DNA of 63,691 nucleotides, counting the filler, from an uncultured bacterium (GTDB taxonomy: Bacteria > CAYUVA01): NCBI GenBank assembly GCA_964448115.1. It is 6 parts of 4 records of this genome, joined end to end, with 100 filler letters (N's around TTAATTAATTAA, not from the genome) between each part and the next. Parts side by side here need not be neighbours in the genome. Positions count along the whole stretch, not along the records: positions 16,021 to 24,370 come from CAYUVA010000013.1; positions 24,471 to 39,220 come from CAYUVA010000013.1; 4 more parts are not named here. The stretch is one strand, 5' to 3'. Below are positions 19,243 through 29,475 of this stretch, piece after piece. Made by a program: the position numbers and the translations under genes. The stretch's first letter is position 1. Each line of letters begins with the position of its first letter. Under the pieces are notes generated by a model. The model had not been told where the DNA came from. It saw only the letters and a program-made list of their open reading frames with translations, and ran no database searches.

Positions 19243-21234
19243 ATGCCGCGCGGAAGATACGTTTTGATACTGGTATTTTTCTCGTTAGTATATCTATCGC
19301 TTAGAATCTACAATATCAACGCGCCTTATGAGTTCTGCGGTTCATGGCTTTCCATTGCTGCCCGCAATTATGAGCGCTTCGGTATGGATGGATGTGGCTT
19401 CGTACCCTGTATGGGATGCGGAGCGATCTCCCAAGACGAGCTTCAGCCTTATGTTCATCATCCCCCGCTGTTTAGCTGGCTCGTGTATATAAGCTATCGT
19501 TTATTTGGTCACAGCGAGATGAGCGGGAGGATGTTGGTGATACTATTCGGCTTGGGTTGCATGTTGCTAACCTCCACAATAGCCACAAGGCTCTTCGGAT
19601 ACAAAATAGGGCTACTAACTGCCTTCATTTATTGCTTTATTCCCTTTGACATCTTCTTTGCTCGCCTGCTGTTATTCGACCTGGCAGCGCTGTTCTTTGC
19701 ACTACTGTTGTACCTGGCATACCTGAAATGGCTCGATAAGCCAGCATTTTCAAGCCCTTTGGTTATTATGCCCTTGATTATCATCCTCGGCGCTCTGACC
19801 GACTGGTCTTTTGCCTGGATGCTGCCGGTGATACTACTCGATTATTGGCTCATTCGCAGAAGGTCAAAGCCGAGAAGGTTGCCTTATATTGTCGGAGCAA
19901 TATTGATATATTCAGTGATTGCTTTGGCTTATATCGGCTTGGTGCACTTCATTATAGATCCTCAAGGAAGAAGCTATGGTGGCGCATTGCTTTATGCCTT
20001 CTTGGCGCGTAGTGACAAGGCTTCAGAGGCTGTATCGTGGAGCCACTTTTTCAGGCTTGAAATAAAGCGCCTTTTCGAGCTGTATTCCCCCTTTGCCGTG
20101 ATACCGGCTTTGCTTGAGCTTGCCTTGTCTTTAATTACCATAGCTTGGAGGGTTATGAAAAGAAGAGCAATGCATCATAAAAGTGCATACATGGTTCTGT
20201 TTTTCATCTTCGGCTTCGCTCATGCTGTTGCCTTCAGGCAAGCAGCGGTGATTCACGAGAATTGGTACTACGCAAAGAACTTCTTTCTTGTCCTGGCGGC
20301 GGCAGTTTTCATAAGCAGGATACTTAGCATTATCAAGCCTAGATACCTTAAGATCCTTGTATTTATTATCCCGGCTGCTGCTTATGTATATTTTTGCCTG
20401 GGAGAAGCTCTATATCTACATCACGCTCGGAATCCCAGGCATGATGCTGACTTGGGTCGATTAATGGCATCCAGAAGTGAGCCTGATGAAAGGCTGATCG
20501 CAACCTTCGAGTGCGATCCGGTGATTCGATACTACTCGGATCGAGCTATCTATTGTGCGGTGGGCGATTTGAGGCAGTTTAAGGCTCTGTTGAGCCAGCA
20601 TCGGTCTATCGCACTACTGTTTTCCCGGCGCTTTTTCCCTCCTGCCAGGGATCTGATGGACTATCTACTGGAAAACTTCGAGTTTGAGACGGTTGGTGAA
20701 GCCATCATCTTTGATCTCAACAAAACCAGGGCTGCGGATAGCTCAATACCGGTCAATCCCTGGCTGCATTGCCTTAATCGAGGTTCTCCAAGGATCCTAT
20801 CAAGGGAGCTATCCTATTTATCGCTGGATTTGAGTAGCTTGAACCTTCCGGAATCCAGGGGATTGTACATTACATCGTTTCTGGTTGATGGTGATTCGGT
20901 TCCGCAGGGATGCAGAGTATTGAGCATTGTCATAGAAAAAGCAGATGGCCTAACCGAAATAGTGGACTTGATTGCTGGAGTACACACTGGCGAGATTTAT
21001 CATGGTGAGTTGACAGCCCATTCTTTGCCACCAAACACGAAGGAGAAGTTGGCTCAGAAGGAGTTTTATATCTTTCGCAGCCTTAGCTTTCAGCCCTATT
21101 ACATTTATCGCACCGATTTCAACTTCACCAGCGCAGCAGCGCCGCTATCGCTCGATGTGCGCTTTGACCCGGATGATACGGGGCAGGATTACTCGATTGG
21201 AATAACTGACTTTTGTTTGAAGTTCTCCCAGTAA
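19243..21234 (+). CDS. GT-C membrane glycosyltransferase (ArnT/GT39-like) with extracytoplasmic C-terminal domain
   Basis: YVHHPPL motif, many TM helices, soluble C-terminus. Confidence 0.7.
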   Translation: MPRGRYVLILVFFSLVYLSLRIYNINAPYEFCGSWLSIAARNYERFGMDGCGFVPCMGCGAISQDELQPYVHHPPLFSWLVYISYRLFGHSEMSGRMLVILFGLGCMLLTSTIATRLFGYKIGLLTAFIYCFIPFDIFFARLLLFDLAALFFALLLYLAYLKWLDKPAFSSPLVIMPLIIILGALTDWSFAWMLPVILLDYWLIRRRSKPRRLPYIVGAILIYSVIALAYIGLVHFIIDPQGRSYGGALLYAFLARSDKASEAVSWSHFFRLEIKRLFELYSPFAVIPALLELALSLITIAWRVMKRRAMHHKSAYMVLFFIFGFAHAVAFRQAAVIHENWYYAKNFFLVLAAAVFISRILSIIKPRYLKILVFIIPAAAYVYFCLGEALYLHHARNPRHDADLGRLMASRSEPDERLIATFECDPVIRYYSDRAIYCAVGDLRQFKALLSQHRSIALLFSRRFFPPARDLMDYLLENFEFETVGEAIIFDLNKTRAADSSIPVNPWLHCLNRGSPRILSRELSYLSLDLSSLNLPESRGLYITSFLVDGDSVPQGCRVLSIVIEKADGLTEIVDLIAGVHTGEIYHGELTAHSLPPNTKEKLAQKEFYIFRSLSFQPYYIYRTDFNFTSAAAPLSLDVRFDPDDTGQDYSIGITDFCLKFSQ

Positions 21235-21270
21235 AGACTCGATCTACCAATTTCCAAACCATCCCTTTTT

Positions 21271-22617
21271 ATGCTAGAAAATGTTCCCGTAGATATGACT
21301 AGGTCTAATGATAACAAGAGGGCGGTTCTAATTACCCTTGGATGCAAGCTGAACCAGTTCGAGACCTTTGCCATGGAGGGCTTGCTGACCGAGGCAGGGT
21401 ATAAGATAGTCGATAAGGACAAAGCTTGCGACCTTATCATTATCAATACCTGCACGGTTACCGCAAAGAGCGATTTTCATTGCCGCCAGGCTATTCGCAA
21501 GATGCAACGCAACAATCCCAATGCCTTTATTCTTGTTACCGGTTGTTATGCGCAAAGGGATGCTGAGGCGTTGCTAAAGATTAAAGGCGTGGATGCTGTT
21601 ATCGGCAATCCCCAGAAGGCTGATCTTCTCAAATACCTCCATGGACATCCCAAGAAACAACCATTTTCAGAGGTAACCACCGAATTTCGCACCGACAGCC
21701 TGGCAATGAATAATAGCCTAGCCAGCTTCAGCGGTTACACCAGAGCCTTTATCCGCATCCAGGATGGATGCGACGACTCATGCTCCTATTGCATCGTGCC
21801 ATCAGTACGAGGCTCAAGCCGAAGCGTGCCTGCCGAGTCAATAATACAGACAGCTTTACGAGTCATAGAAGCTGGATACAAGGAATTAGTGCTTACCGGC
21901 GTCCATATCGGGCGCTATGGCTTGGATTTGCGACCTCCATCAAGCCTCTACGAACTGGTCAAGGAGCTTATCAGCTTGCCCGGATTGGGAAGACTAAGAT
22001 TCACCTCCATAGAGCCAACCGAGATCGATCAGGCATTATTGAAACTGATGGCAGGGAGCGAAAAGATATGTAAACATCTACATATACCCATGCAAAGCGC
22101 TGATGATGATATCTTGAGATCCATGAACCGACCTTACGATTTTGAGCGCTACAAGGAGCTTATCTATATGATAAAAGAGCTGATGCCGCATGCGGGCATC
22201 GGCGCTGATGTGATAGTCGGCTTCCCCGGCGAGGATGATGGGTCATTCGAGCTTACCTATAATCGTATAAAGCACCTTCCCTTATCGTACCTGCATGTCT
22301 TCAGCTACTCGGATAGACCAGGGGTGAAGGCATCTTCGATGCCGAACAAGATCCCCAAAGAAACTATCGCTAAGCGCTCAAAGCGGATGAGAAAACTTGG
22401 CACAGAACTAAAAAGAAAATTTCGAGAAGACAGGCTTGGAGAAGTGTTGAGCTGTCTTGTCCTGAGCAAACCTGATAAAAAAAGTGGGCTTTTGCGATGC
22501 CTTTCTGACAATTATATCGAGATCCTTGCCCCCGGGGGCCTGGAGATGGCAAATAAGATGGTGCCGGTCCGGCTGGAGAGATTGGAGGATGGCATAAGCT
22601 ATGGTAGGATCGAATAG
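21271..22617 (+). CDS. mtaB: tRNA t6A37 methylthiotransferase
   Basis: TLGCKLN, NTCTVT, VTGCYAQ, radical SAM CDDSCSYC; start may be 21295. Confidence 0.92.
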   Translation: MLENVPVDMTRSNDNKRAVLITLGCKLNQFETFAMEGLLTEAGYKIVDKDKACDLIIINTCTVTAKSDFHCRQAIRKMQRNNPNAFILVTGCYAQRDAEALLKIKGVDAVIGNPQKADLLKYLHGHPKKQPFSEVTTEFRTDSLAMNNSLASFSGYTRAFIRIQDGCDDSCSYCIVPSVRGSSRSVPAESIIQTALRVIEAGYKELVLTGVHIGRYGLDLRPPSSLYELVKELISLPGLGRLRFTSIEPTEIDQALLKLMAGSEKICKHLHIPMQSADDDILRSMNRPYDFERYKELIYMIKELMPHAGIGADVIVGFPGEDDGSFELTYNRIKHLPLSYLHVFSYSDRPGVKASSMPNKIPKETIAKRSKRMRKLGTELKRKFREDRLGEVLSCLVLSKPDKKSGLLRCLSDNYIEILAPGGLEMANKMVPVRLERLEDGISYGRIE

Positions 22618-23479
22618 AGTGGCTAATCCAGTAACAAAGATTGTAGTCCTTTTATACATTTTTTGCTTCATTTCCTTTGTAATTGCAGATGAACAGGGTG
22701 ATCTAATCTTCGATTTTGCCAACAAGCTCAAGCAACAAGGTGAATATTATCGCTCCATAACCGAGTATATGCGATTTCTTCACTACTATCCCGATGATGA
22801 AATGGCAGAGGCTGCCAGGTACTTCATTGCCAAGTGCTATCTTGATGGTAAACAATACAAGGATGCTGTAACCTGCTTTTCAAGCTATCTGGGAACTCAT
22901 CCTACCGGCAGCTATTGTGATAAAGCATACCTCCAGTTGGGTAAAGCGCACTTTATGCAACGCAATTATTACCTTTCGGCAGGCTCCTTGAACGATGGCT
23001 TAGGTTCAGAATGCTCCATCTCAAGAGAAGTTGAAATCAGTATGCGCAAGCTGCTTTCCCGCTGCTATCTGCATCTGGGGGACTGGCAGGCAGCCTCTGA
23101 TGAGCTGAAAACCCTTTCTGATATCTCCACGCTCAGGCAACCCTGGTTCAACCTGTCTCAGGAGGTGCTGGAGGGGAATAACCTTGGCCGACGCAGCCCG
23201 CTGTTCTCTGGCTTGCTTGCCACTATATTACCCGGTGCAGGGCATTTCTATTGCGGAAGGATAACCACTGGCCTTGCCGACTTTTTGCTCAATGGACTTT
23301 TCATCTGGGGGATAATCGAGTCATTCGATAGAGGTAACCATGCACTGGTTGCCACTTTGTCATTTTTTGAGTTCGGTTTTTACGGGGGCAATATTTACGG
23401 GGCGGTGGATGCTGCCTACAAGTACAATCAAAGAACCAGGGACGACTTCATAGCCATGTTTGAAAGCAGGATGGAGTAA
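22601..23479 (+). CDS. Secreted TPR/BamD-like protein with C-terminal membrane segment
   Basis: Signal peptide, TPR helices, ILPGAGHFY motif. Confidence 0.7.
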   Translation: MVGSNRVANPVTKIVVLLYIFCFISFVIADEQGDLIFDFANKLKQQGEYYRSITEYMRFLHYYPDDEMAEAARYFIAKCYLDGKQYKDAVTCFSSYLGTHPTGSYCDKAYLQLGKAHFMQRNYYLSAGSLNDGLGSECSISREVEISMRKLLSRCYLHLGDWQAASDELKTLSDISTLRQPWFNLSQEVLEGNNLGRRSPLFSGLLATILPGAGHFYCGRITTGLADFLLNGLFIWGIIESFDRGNHALVATLSFFEFGFYGGNIYGAVDAAYKYNQRTRDDFIAMFESRME

Positions 23480-23487
23480 TTATTTTT

Positions 23488-24370
23488 TTATCCTGGCATG
23501 TATATCTCCATGCGCTTTTTCTCTTCGAGCACCATCTGCTTGAAAAGCGATTTATTATTCGCCTTCTCCATGGCACTGATGGCAGTTATTTTCCTCTCTC
23601 GAACCAGCTTCATCAGAGCCTCGTCAAGGGTTTGCATCCCGGTAGTTGCATAATCGCTGGATTGCATCAAGGTGTTGACCTGGTGGGTCTTTCCCTCCCT
23701 GATTATGTTACTCAGGGCATGGCAACCTGTAAGCACCTCTACCGCTGCCACCCTTCCCTTGCCGTCTGCTCGTTTTAACAACTGCTGCGATACGACACCC
23801 TGTAGGGTTATGGAGAGCATGGTCTTTATCTGCTCCTGCTCCTCGTGGGGGAAGACATCGATTATCCTGTCAACCGTGCTGGCTGCGCCGGATGTGTGCA
23901 GGGTTGCAAATACAAGTATCCCGGTCTCTGCGCAGGTCAAGGCAAGGGATATGGTCTCCAGATCACGCATCTCGCCGACCAGAAGGACATCCGGTGCTTC
24001 TCGGACCGCAGCTCGCAACGCTGCCGCAAAGGAGTTGGAGTGCGTATGCACCTCGCGTTGTGTGATGATCGACCTCTTAGGCTTATAGACGAACTCGATC
24101 GGATCCTCGATGGTAAGGATATGGTAGTTCTTCTCGGAATTGATAAGGTCGATGATCGCAGCCAGGGTCGTGCTTTTACCGCTGCCAGTCGGTCCTGTAA
24201 CCAGCACAAGCCCGCGGGTGAGCCGAGCAAAGCGCTTCAAGGTCAGGGGTAAGCCGAGTTCCTCTATGGATAAAATCCTGGCCGGGATGAGCCTGAACAC
24301 GGCGCCGATCCCCTCGCGTTGATGGAACATATTGACCCTGAAGTGGGATATCCCCTCCAAGTGATAAGAA
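23488..24370 (-). CDS. pilT: Type IV pilus retraction ATPase, 5' truncated by gap
   Basis: GPTGSGKST, TIEDPIE, VGEMRD, ATLHT. Confidence 0.92.
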
Positions 24371-24470
24371 NNNNNNNNNNNNNNNNNNNNNNNNNNNNNN
24401 NNNNNNNNNNNNNNTTAATTAATTAANNNNNNNNNNNNNNNNNNNNNNNNNNNNNNNNNNNNNNNNNNNN

Positions 24471-25073
24471 CGCGATGACGCTCTCACCCGTGAATTCGAT
24501 TGCTTTGCCGAGCGCACCTTTGGCGCCGAGCGTGCTCACCACCTTGAGGGTGATATCCTTGGCGGATACCGGGTATTCTATGCTTCCAGTGATGATGACC
24601 TTGATGCTCTGGGGGATGGTGAACTCGACCAAGCCGGTCTTTAGGGCAAAGGCAGTTTGTGTATCTCCAAGCGACAAGCCCAGGGCACCGACAGCTCCTA
24701 GTATGCCGAAGTGGCTGTCTGTGCCGGTGATTATTCGTCCAGGGAGCGCCACCTGGCGCTCGATCAGGCTTAGCGTACCTATGCCATGGTCGATCTCGTA
24801 GATATTACCGATCCGCTTGCCGGTGCAGAACTCACGCAAAAGGTCCTGGTTCTTTGTATATTCGAGGTCATGCCCGCAGTCGAAGGTGAAGTATATCCGT
24901 TCTGCGTCGAATACGGGCTCATCGGGGAATTCGGCATCGAACTTAAGTGCTGCGTTGGGACCGGCAAAATCCCGCGCGGTTACAGCGTCTGGCTTGAGCC
25001 AGACCGTCTCGCCCGCCTTGACCAGCCTTCCCTGGTTAAGCGATATGATCTTTTCAATTAGTGTCAATCCCAT
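24471..25073 (-). CDS. 3-isopropylmalate dehydratase/homoaconitase large subunit, 3' truncated by gap
   Basis: MGLTLIEKI start, GTDSH, VSAKDITL, KAIEF. Confidence 0.85.
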
Positions 25074-25089
25074 AGCCTACAAGTTAATT

Positions 25090-25236
25090 AAACACAAAGG
25101 CACAAAGGCACTAAGGGGAAGTTATACCGTGATACCGTGATCGCAATGGCAGAAAAACCTCCTTTTCTCCTCTCTTCTCTCTGTGTCTCTGTGGTTTTCC
25201 TTTCCTCCTTGCGTTCTTTGCGCCTTTGCGTGAGGT
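25090..25236. repeat. Extragenic repeat of the CACAAAGGCAC / GATACCGT family
   Basis: Same motifs as at 16025-16110 and 63541-63590. Confidence 0.65.
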
Positions 25237-25271
25237 TTCTTTTCTTTCTTCCTTCCATCAAGGCTCAGACC

Positions 25272-25847
25272 TCAAAACGATTCCTTTATCGCCTCGTAGA
25301 AGGCGTAGTCGGCGTGGTAGATTATCCAGGTCTCCTTAGTCCTGGGGCGCTTGTCCCCCTCCGTTGAGTGATTGGCGATGATGTTGAGCACGCGGTTTGT
25401 AACGCCATGCTTGAAGGCTATTGCAGCGCCGAAGCCGGGGTGGCGCAGGCACTTGCCCCGCTCGCCTATTATATACCAGTCGCCAGATTTCTCGTATTCT
25501 ATCGGCTTTCCCACATCGTGCAGCAGCGCCCCGGCTATCAGATGATCGTAGTTGACCGCGATGTAGTCGCTGCGATGCGAGTATGCCTCCTCTTCCGCTT
25601 TTGCCATTGCCAGGGCAGCGCCGGCTATCGCAAGGGTGTGCTCGAAGATGTTGATATCGGTTCTCCTGCCCCCTAGCGCCAGGGTAAAGGGCATCTTCTG
25701 TACCTCATCGATGCTCCATCCGCCTAGCTCTATAGCCTCCACCCAGGTGGAAACTACGCCCTTGCGAAGTTGCTCGTCGTTTATCATCAGCAGATAACTG
25801 CTGAATGTCCTCGTGATGAAGTCCCTGATTTTCGCTTTCTGATCCAT
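25272..25847 (-). CDS. HD-domain phosphohydrolase
   Basis: EHT..LLHDVGK..RHP..H..HAD; GGAG SD before ATG. Confidence 0.85.
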   Translation of the reverse strand: MDQKAKIRDFITRTFSSYLLMINDEQLRKGVVSTWVEAIELGGWSIDEVQKMPFTLALGGRRTDINIFEHTLAIAGAALAMAKAEEEAYSHRSDYIAVNYDHLIAGALLHDVGKPIEYEKSGDWYIIGERGKCLRHPGFGAAIAFKHGVTNRVLNIIANHSTEGDKRPRTKETWIIYHADYAFYEAIKESF

Positions 25848-26007
25848 ATCAGACTCCAATGTATGTTCAATAGCAAGGAATGATCATTATATGAACCGCA
25901 GAAAAATTCAATATAGGCTGCTTATCTCTACTCCTTGACAAGATAATATGCTGATAATATGCTGCGCTGGTAGATGTTCTATAAATAGCGAGCATGGGAG
26001 GTGCTTT

Positions 26008-26514
26008 ATGAAGAAATGGCTATCTAAATTCTGGAATCAACCCAACAAGCGTTTCCGCAACTTTCAGGTTGTCTATACATTCCTCACCCTTAATTTCCTG
26101 ATTCCCAGCATCTTTTACTATGTAGCCCCGGAGAAAGCGATAGCCCAGTTCCGCTGGATGGGGAAGGTCTTGGGGGCTGAGTATCCGCTCACCGAGGAGA
26201 GCCTGGTCTGGTCAACCTTGGCAGCGACAAATGTTCTTACCCTTGCATTTATGTGTTTCCTGCAGCAGTTGAATGTATATAGGTTCCGCATGGTGCTAGT
26301 TCCCCTGGTGTTTATGAAGGGCACAACTGCACTGGCATTTCTCCACATCTACATCTGGGTACTCGGATTTCCACCATTTTTGGGCGTTTTTTTCATCGAT
26401 AGCATCAGTGCGCTTGCGATGATAATATTTGCGATAAGTGCTCGGCGGTCGCTTGATGATCATCCAAGTGATCAACTGGTTCCCCGGTTGTTTTTTGATG
26501 GGAAAGAAGGCTAG
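26008..26514 (+). CDS. Hypothetical 4-TM membrane protein
   Basis: SD GGAGGT before ATG 26008; four hydrophobic segments. Confidence 0.7.
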   Translation: MKKWLSKFWNQPNKRFRNFQVVYTFLTLNFLIPSIFYYVAPEKAIAQFRWMGKVLGAEYPLTEESLVWSTLAATNVLTLAFMCFLQQLNVYRFRMVLVPLVFMKGTTALAFLHIYIWVLGFPPFLGVFFIDSISALAMIIFAISARRSLDDHPSDQLVPRLFFDGKEG

Positions 26515-26523
26515 GCAAGACTT

Positions 26524-28788
26524 CTATCTCTCATCCGCTTTCTCGAACACCTCTCGAAGAGCCAGGTTCAGCTCGTTGAATACATAGGGCTTTGAGACCA
26601 TGGCATCAAAGCCGTACTTCCTGTAGTCCGACATTACTGGATCGGTCGAGTATCCGCTGGAGACGATAGCCTTGATATTGGGGGCGATGTCCCTCAGCTT
26701 CATGATTGCCTCTTTGCCACCCATGCCCCCAGGGACGGTAAGATCCATGATCACAGCCTTTATATCAACATTTTCATTAGAATATTGCAGGTATTTATCG
26801 ATAGCCTCTTTTCCATCCCTAGCATAAATAGGCTCGAATCCCATCTCTTTCAGCATGGAGCCGGCTACCTCCAGGATCATGCGCTCATCATCCATGATGA
26901 TGATCTTCCCCTTGCTCTTGAAGGTGGTGTCATCGGAATCCTGGTTCTTTTCTATATTTTTTCGTGATGCAGGCAGAAAGATGTGAAAGGTGGTTCCCTT
27001 GCTCACCTCGGAATCGACAGTTATATATCCATCATGGTTTTTTATAATCGAGTAAGTGGTTGCAAGCCCAAGCCCGGTGCCGTTCGGCTTGGTGGTGAAG
27101 TAGGGATCGAAGATCTTATGAAGTATGGCTTCGGGGATACCTTGACCTTGGTCTTTTATCGAGATCTTTACATATCTTCCTTTGGGTATTGGCAGACTGG
27201 TTGTCTCCAGTAGGGTTATATTCGAGGCTTGCACGGTCAGAGTGCCTCCATGGGGCATAGCTTGAACGGCATTTATTACTATGTTGTTTATTACCTGGTT
27301 GAATTGCCCTTCATCTATATCCACCGGCTGTAGGTCTTTTTCTATATCGAAGCTCGCTTTGACCTTGGAGCCAGATAGTGCGAATTGGGTAAAATCGCGC
27401 AGGAGATCTTGTATCGCGGTAGTTTTCTTTATCGGTGCACCCCCCTTGGAGAATATAAGCAGTTGTCTGGTAAGCTCTCTTGCATTTAATGAAGCCAGCT
27501 CAGCCTTTTGCAGCTTATCCTGGGGATCTTTGCCGGTGCGAAAATAAAGCCTTGCTATGGAGAGATTTCCTAAAATAGCGGTCAGAAAATTATTGAAGTC
27601 ATGTGCTATTCCGCCGGCAAGTATTGCCAAGGAATCAAGCCGGCGCACCCTCTCCAGATCCTCTTGGATCCTTCGCCTTTCGCTAATATCCCTGAACACG
27701 ATGACATTGCCTATAATAGCATTGTTAGGTTTGCGGATAGGGGCAACGGTTCCCTCTATATATAACCTGGCGTCATTTTTAGATATCAGAATGGTTTCCT
27801 GGTTTATCTGAGTGGTATCGAAAGTAAGGGAATTGGAAAATTTGCGACCTACCTCTTGCCCCATGGTTTCGACATTGAATACCTTGGAGAAGTGCTTTCC
27901 ATAAGCCTCAGCCTGCTTCCAACCGGTCAGCTTTTCCGCCACCTCGTTAATCATAAATACCTTGCCCTCTTGATCGGTAGTGATGACTCCGTCTCCGATG
28001 CTTCTAAGAGTTACTACAAGACGCTCTTTCTCGGCAGCCAGCGCCTCCTCCATGATCTTTCGGTTGGTAATGTCTCGAAGCGATGCGATATATGCGAGTG
28101 CCCCTTCCCAGACGGTCTCGGCTGCTCGTATTTCCACTATTTTATACCTCCCCTTATCACCTTGTACCCTGATCTCTCGAGAGCCACCGACTATGAAGGG
28201 ATGCTCGAACTTAAAGCCATGGTGGTATTGCTCATTTATATTGAGGATCTCCATAGCTGCCTTGTTGGCTAGCTTGACATTCTTCATGCGATCCAAGATG
28301 ACTATTCCATCCAGATTGCTATCGATTATAGTGCGCAGACTAGCCTGGCTCGCCTCCAGTTCCCTCTTTTGCTGCTCCATCTCAAGTAACATGCGGTTTC
28401 TCTCCAAGGAGTAATGAATGGAGCGATTCAATTGTTGAGGATTGAGGCTCGCCTTGTCCAAAAAATCTTGGATGCCCTCCTTGAGTAGTTCTAAAGACAA
28501 TTCCTTATCTGATGCACAGGTGATGATCACTATAGGGATATCCGGCGCGAACTTGCGGGTAGCCTTGGCGGTCTGGCGACCCGAACTATCGGGCAGATTG
28601 AGATCGAGTAGAACAACATCTATCTCCAGGTTTTCTAGGTGTTCCTTAGCTTTGGCCAGTGTATCTGCCTGGGTCAGATTATATCTCAGATCATCACACT
28701 GAGCCAAGTAATTACTTATTAAGTTCCTATGATCAGGATTATCCTCTACAAGAAGGATGTTGATCTCATTGAGTTGGTTGGCTCTCAA
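26524..28788 (-). CDS. Cytoplasmic hybrid histidine kinase (REC-PAS-PAS-HK-REC)
   Basis: AGGIAHDFNN, NAVQAM, FTTK..GTGLGL; REC domains at both ends. Confidence 0.93.
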   Translation of the reverse strand: MRANQLNEINILLVEDNPDHRNLISNYLAQCDDLRYNLTQADTLAKAKEHLENLEIDVVLLDLNLPDSSGRQTAKATRKFAPDIPIVIITCASDKELSLELLKEGIQDFLDKASLNPQQLNRSIHYSLERNRMLLEMEQQKRELEASQASLRTIIDSNLDGIVILDRMKNVKLANKAAMEILNINEQYHHGFKFEHPFIVGGSREIRVQGDKGRYKIVEIRAAETVWEGALAYIASLRDITNRKIMEEALAAEKERLVVTLRSIGDGVITTDQEGKVFMINEVAEKLTGWKQAEAYGKHFSKVFNVETMGQEVGRKFSNSLTFDTTQINQETILISKNDARLYIEGTVAPIRKPNNAIIGNVIVFRDISERRRIQEDLERVRRLDSLAILAGGIAHDFNNFLTAILGNLSIARLYFRTGKDPQDKLQKAELASLNARELTRQLLIFSKGGAPIKKTTAIQDLLRDFTQFALSGSKVKASFDIEKDLQPVDIDEGQFNQVINNIVINAVQAMPHGGTLTVQASNITLLETTSLPIPKGRYVKISIKDQGQGIPEAILHKIFDPYFTTKPNGTGLGLATTYSIIKNHDGYITVDSEVSKGTTFHIFLPASRKNIEKNQDSDDTTFKSKGKIIIMDDERMILEVAGSMLKEMGFEPIYARDGKEAIDKYLQYSNENVDIKAVIMDLTVPGGMGGKEAIMKLRDIAPNIKAIVSSGYSTDPVMSDYRKYGFDAMVSKPYVFNELNLALREVFEKADER

Positions 28789-28890
28789 TCGCTACCCCAT
28801 GGATTACAATATCTACAGATTATCTCCTTTGAACTACCCATATTAAATAATATAAACCCTTAAAGCAAATGAGTCAACTTAAACACCAGC

Positions 28891-29463
28891 TTACGAATGC
28901 ATAACTATTTTGAGAGCAATTGCGATCAAGACAATGCCCCCGATCAACTCAGCCCACCTTCCAAGCATGCTTTGTATTGCCCTTCCCAAGTAGATTCCAA
29001 TCATGGTCATAATGAAGGTGACTATACCCATTAATATACAAGTTTGAAGAAGATTTGAGATAATCAAGCCTATGCCAAAGCCGACCACCAAGGCATCCAT
29101 GCTGACCGCAAAGGAAAGCATTACTAGGGAGATTCCCCTGGTGGGATCCGAGTCCTTGCTGCTAAATGAACCATCTTTTTTAATAAATCCGATGATAAAC
29201 TTTATCCCGATGCTTACCAGGACAACCAGGGCGATCCATTTGCCAAGGCTGCCTAAAATGCCTCCTAGACCTCTGCCGATTGCCCAACCGACAAATGGCA
29301 TGGCGAACTGGAAGAAGGCAAAGTGCCAGGATAGTCTAAACGCCTGCCTCGGCAGATGATACCTAGCTCCCATCCCCAATGCAACCGAGAAGGCATCCAT
29401 ACCTAGCGATATGGCCAGCAACAGGCTCTCAATAAATCCCATGATCGATACGGAATTTATCAA
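28891..29463 (-). CDS. mntP: Manganese efflux pump MntP family
   Basis: LGMDAFSV and VSMDALVVG repeats, ~6 TM. Confidence 0.88.
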   Translation of the reverse strand: MINSVSIMGFIESLLLAISLGMDAFSVALGMGARYHLPRQAFRLSWHFAFFQFAMPFVGWAIGRGLGGILGSLGKWIALVVLVSIGIKFIIGFIKKDGSFSSKDSDPTRGISLVMLSFAVSMDALVVGFGIGLIISNLLQTCILMGIVTFIMTMIGIYLGRAIQSMLGRWAELIGGIVLIAIALKIVMHS

Positions 29464-29475
29464 GATCGATGTCGA

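Noticed and set aside
25935-25964. TTGACA followed by tandem GATAATATGCT
   Set aside because: Plausible promoter or operator but no further support
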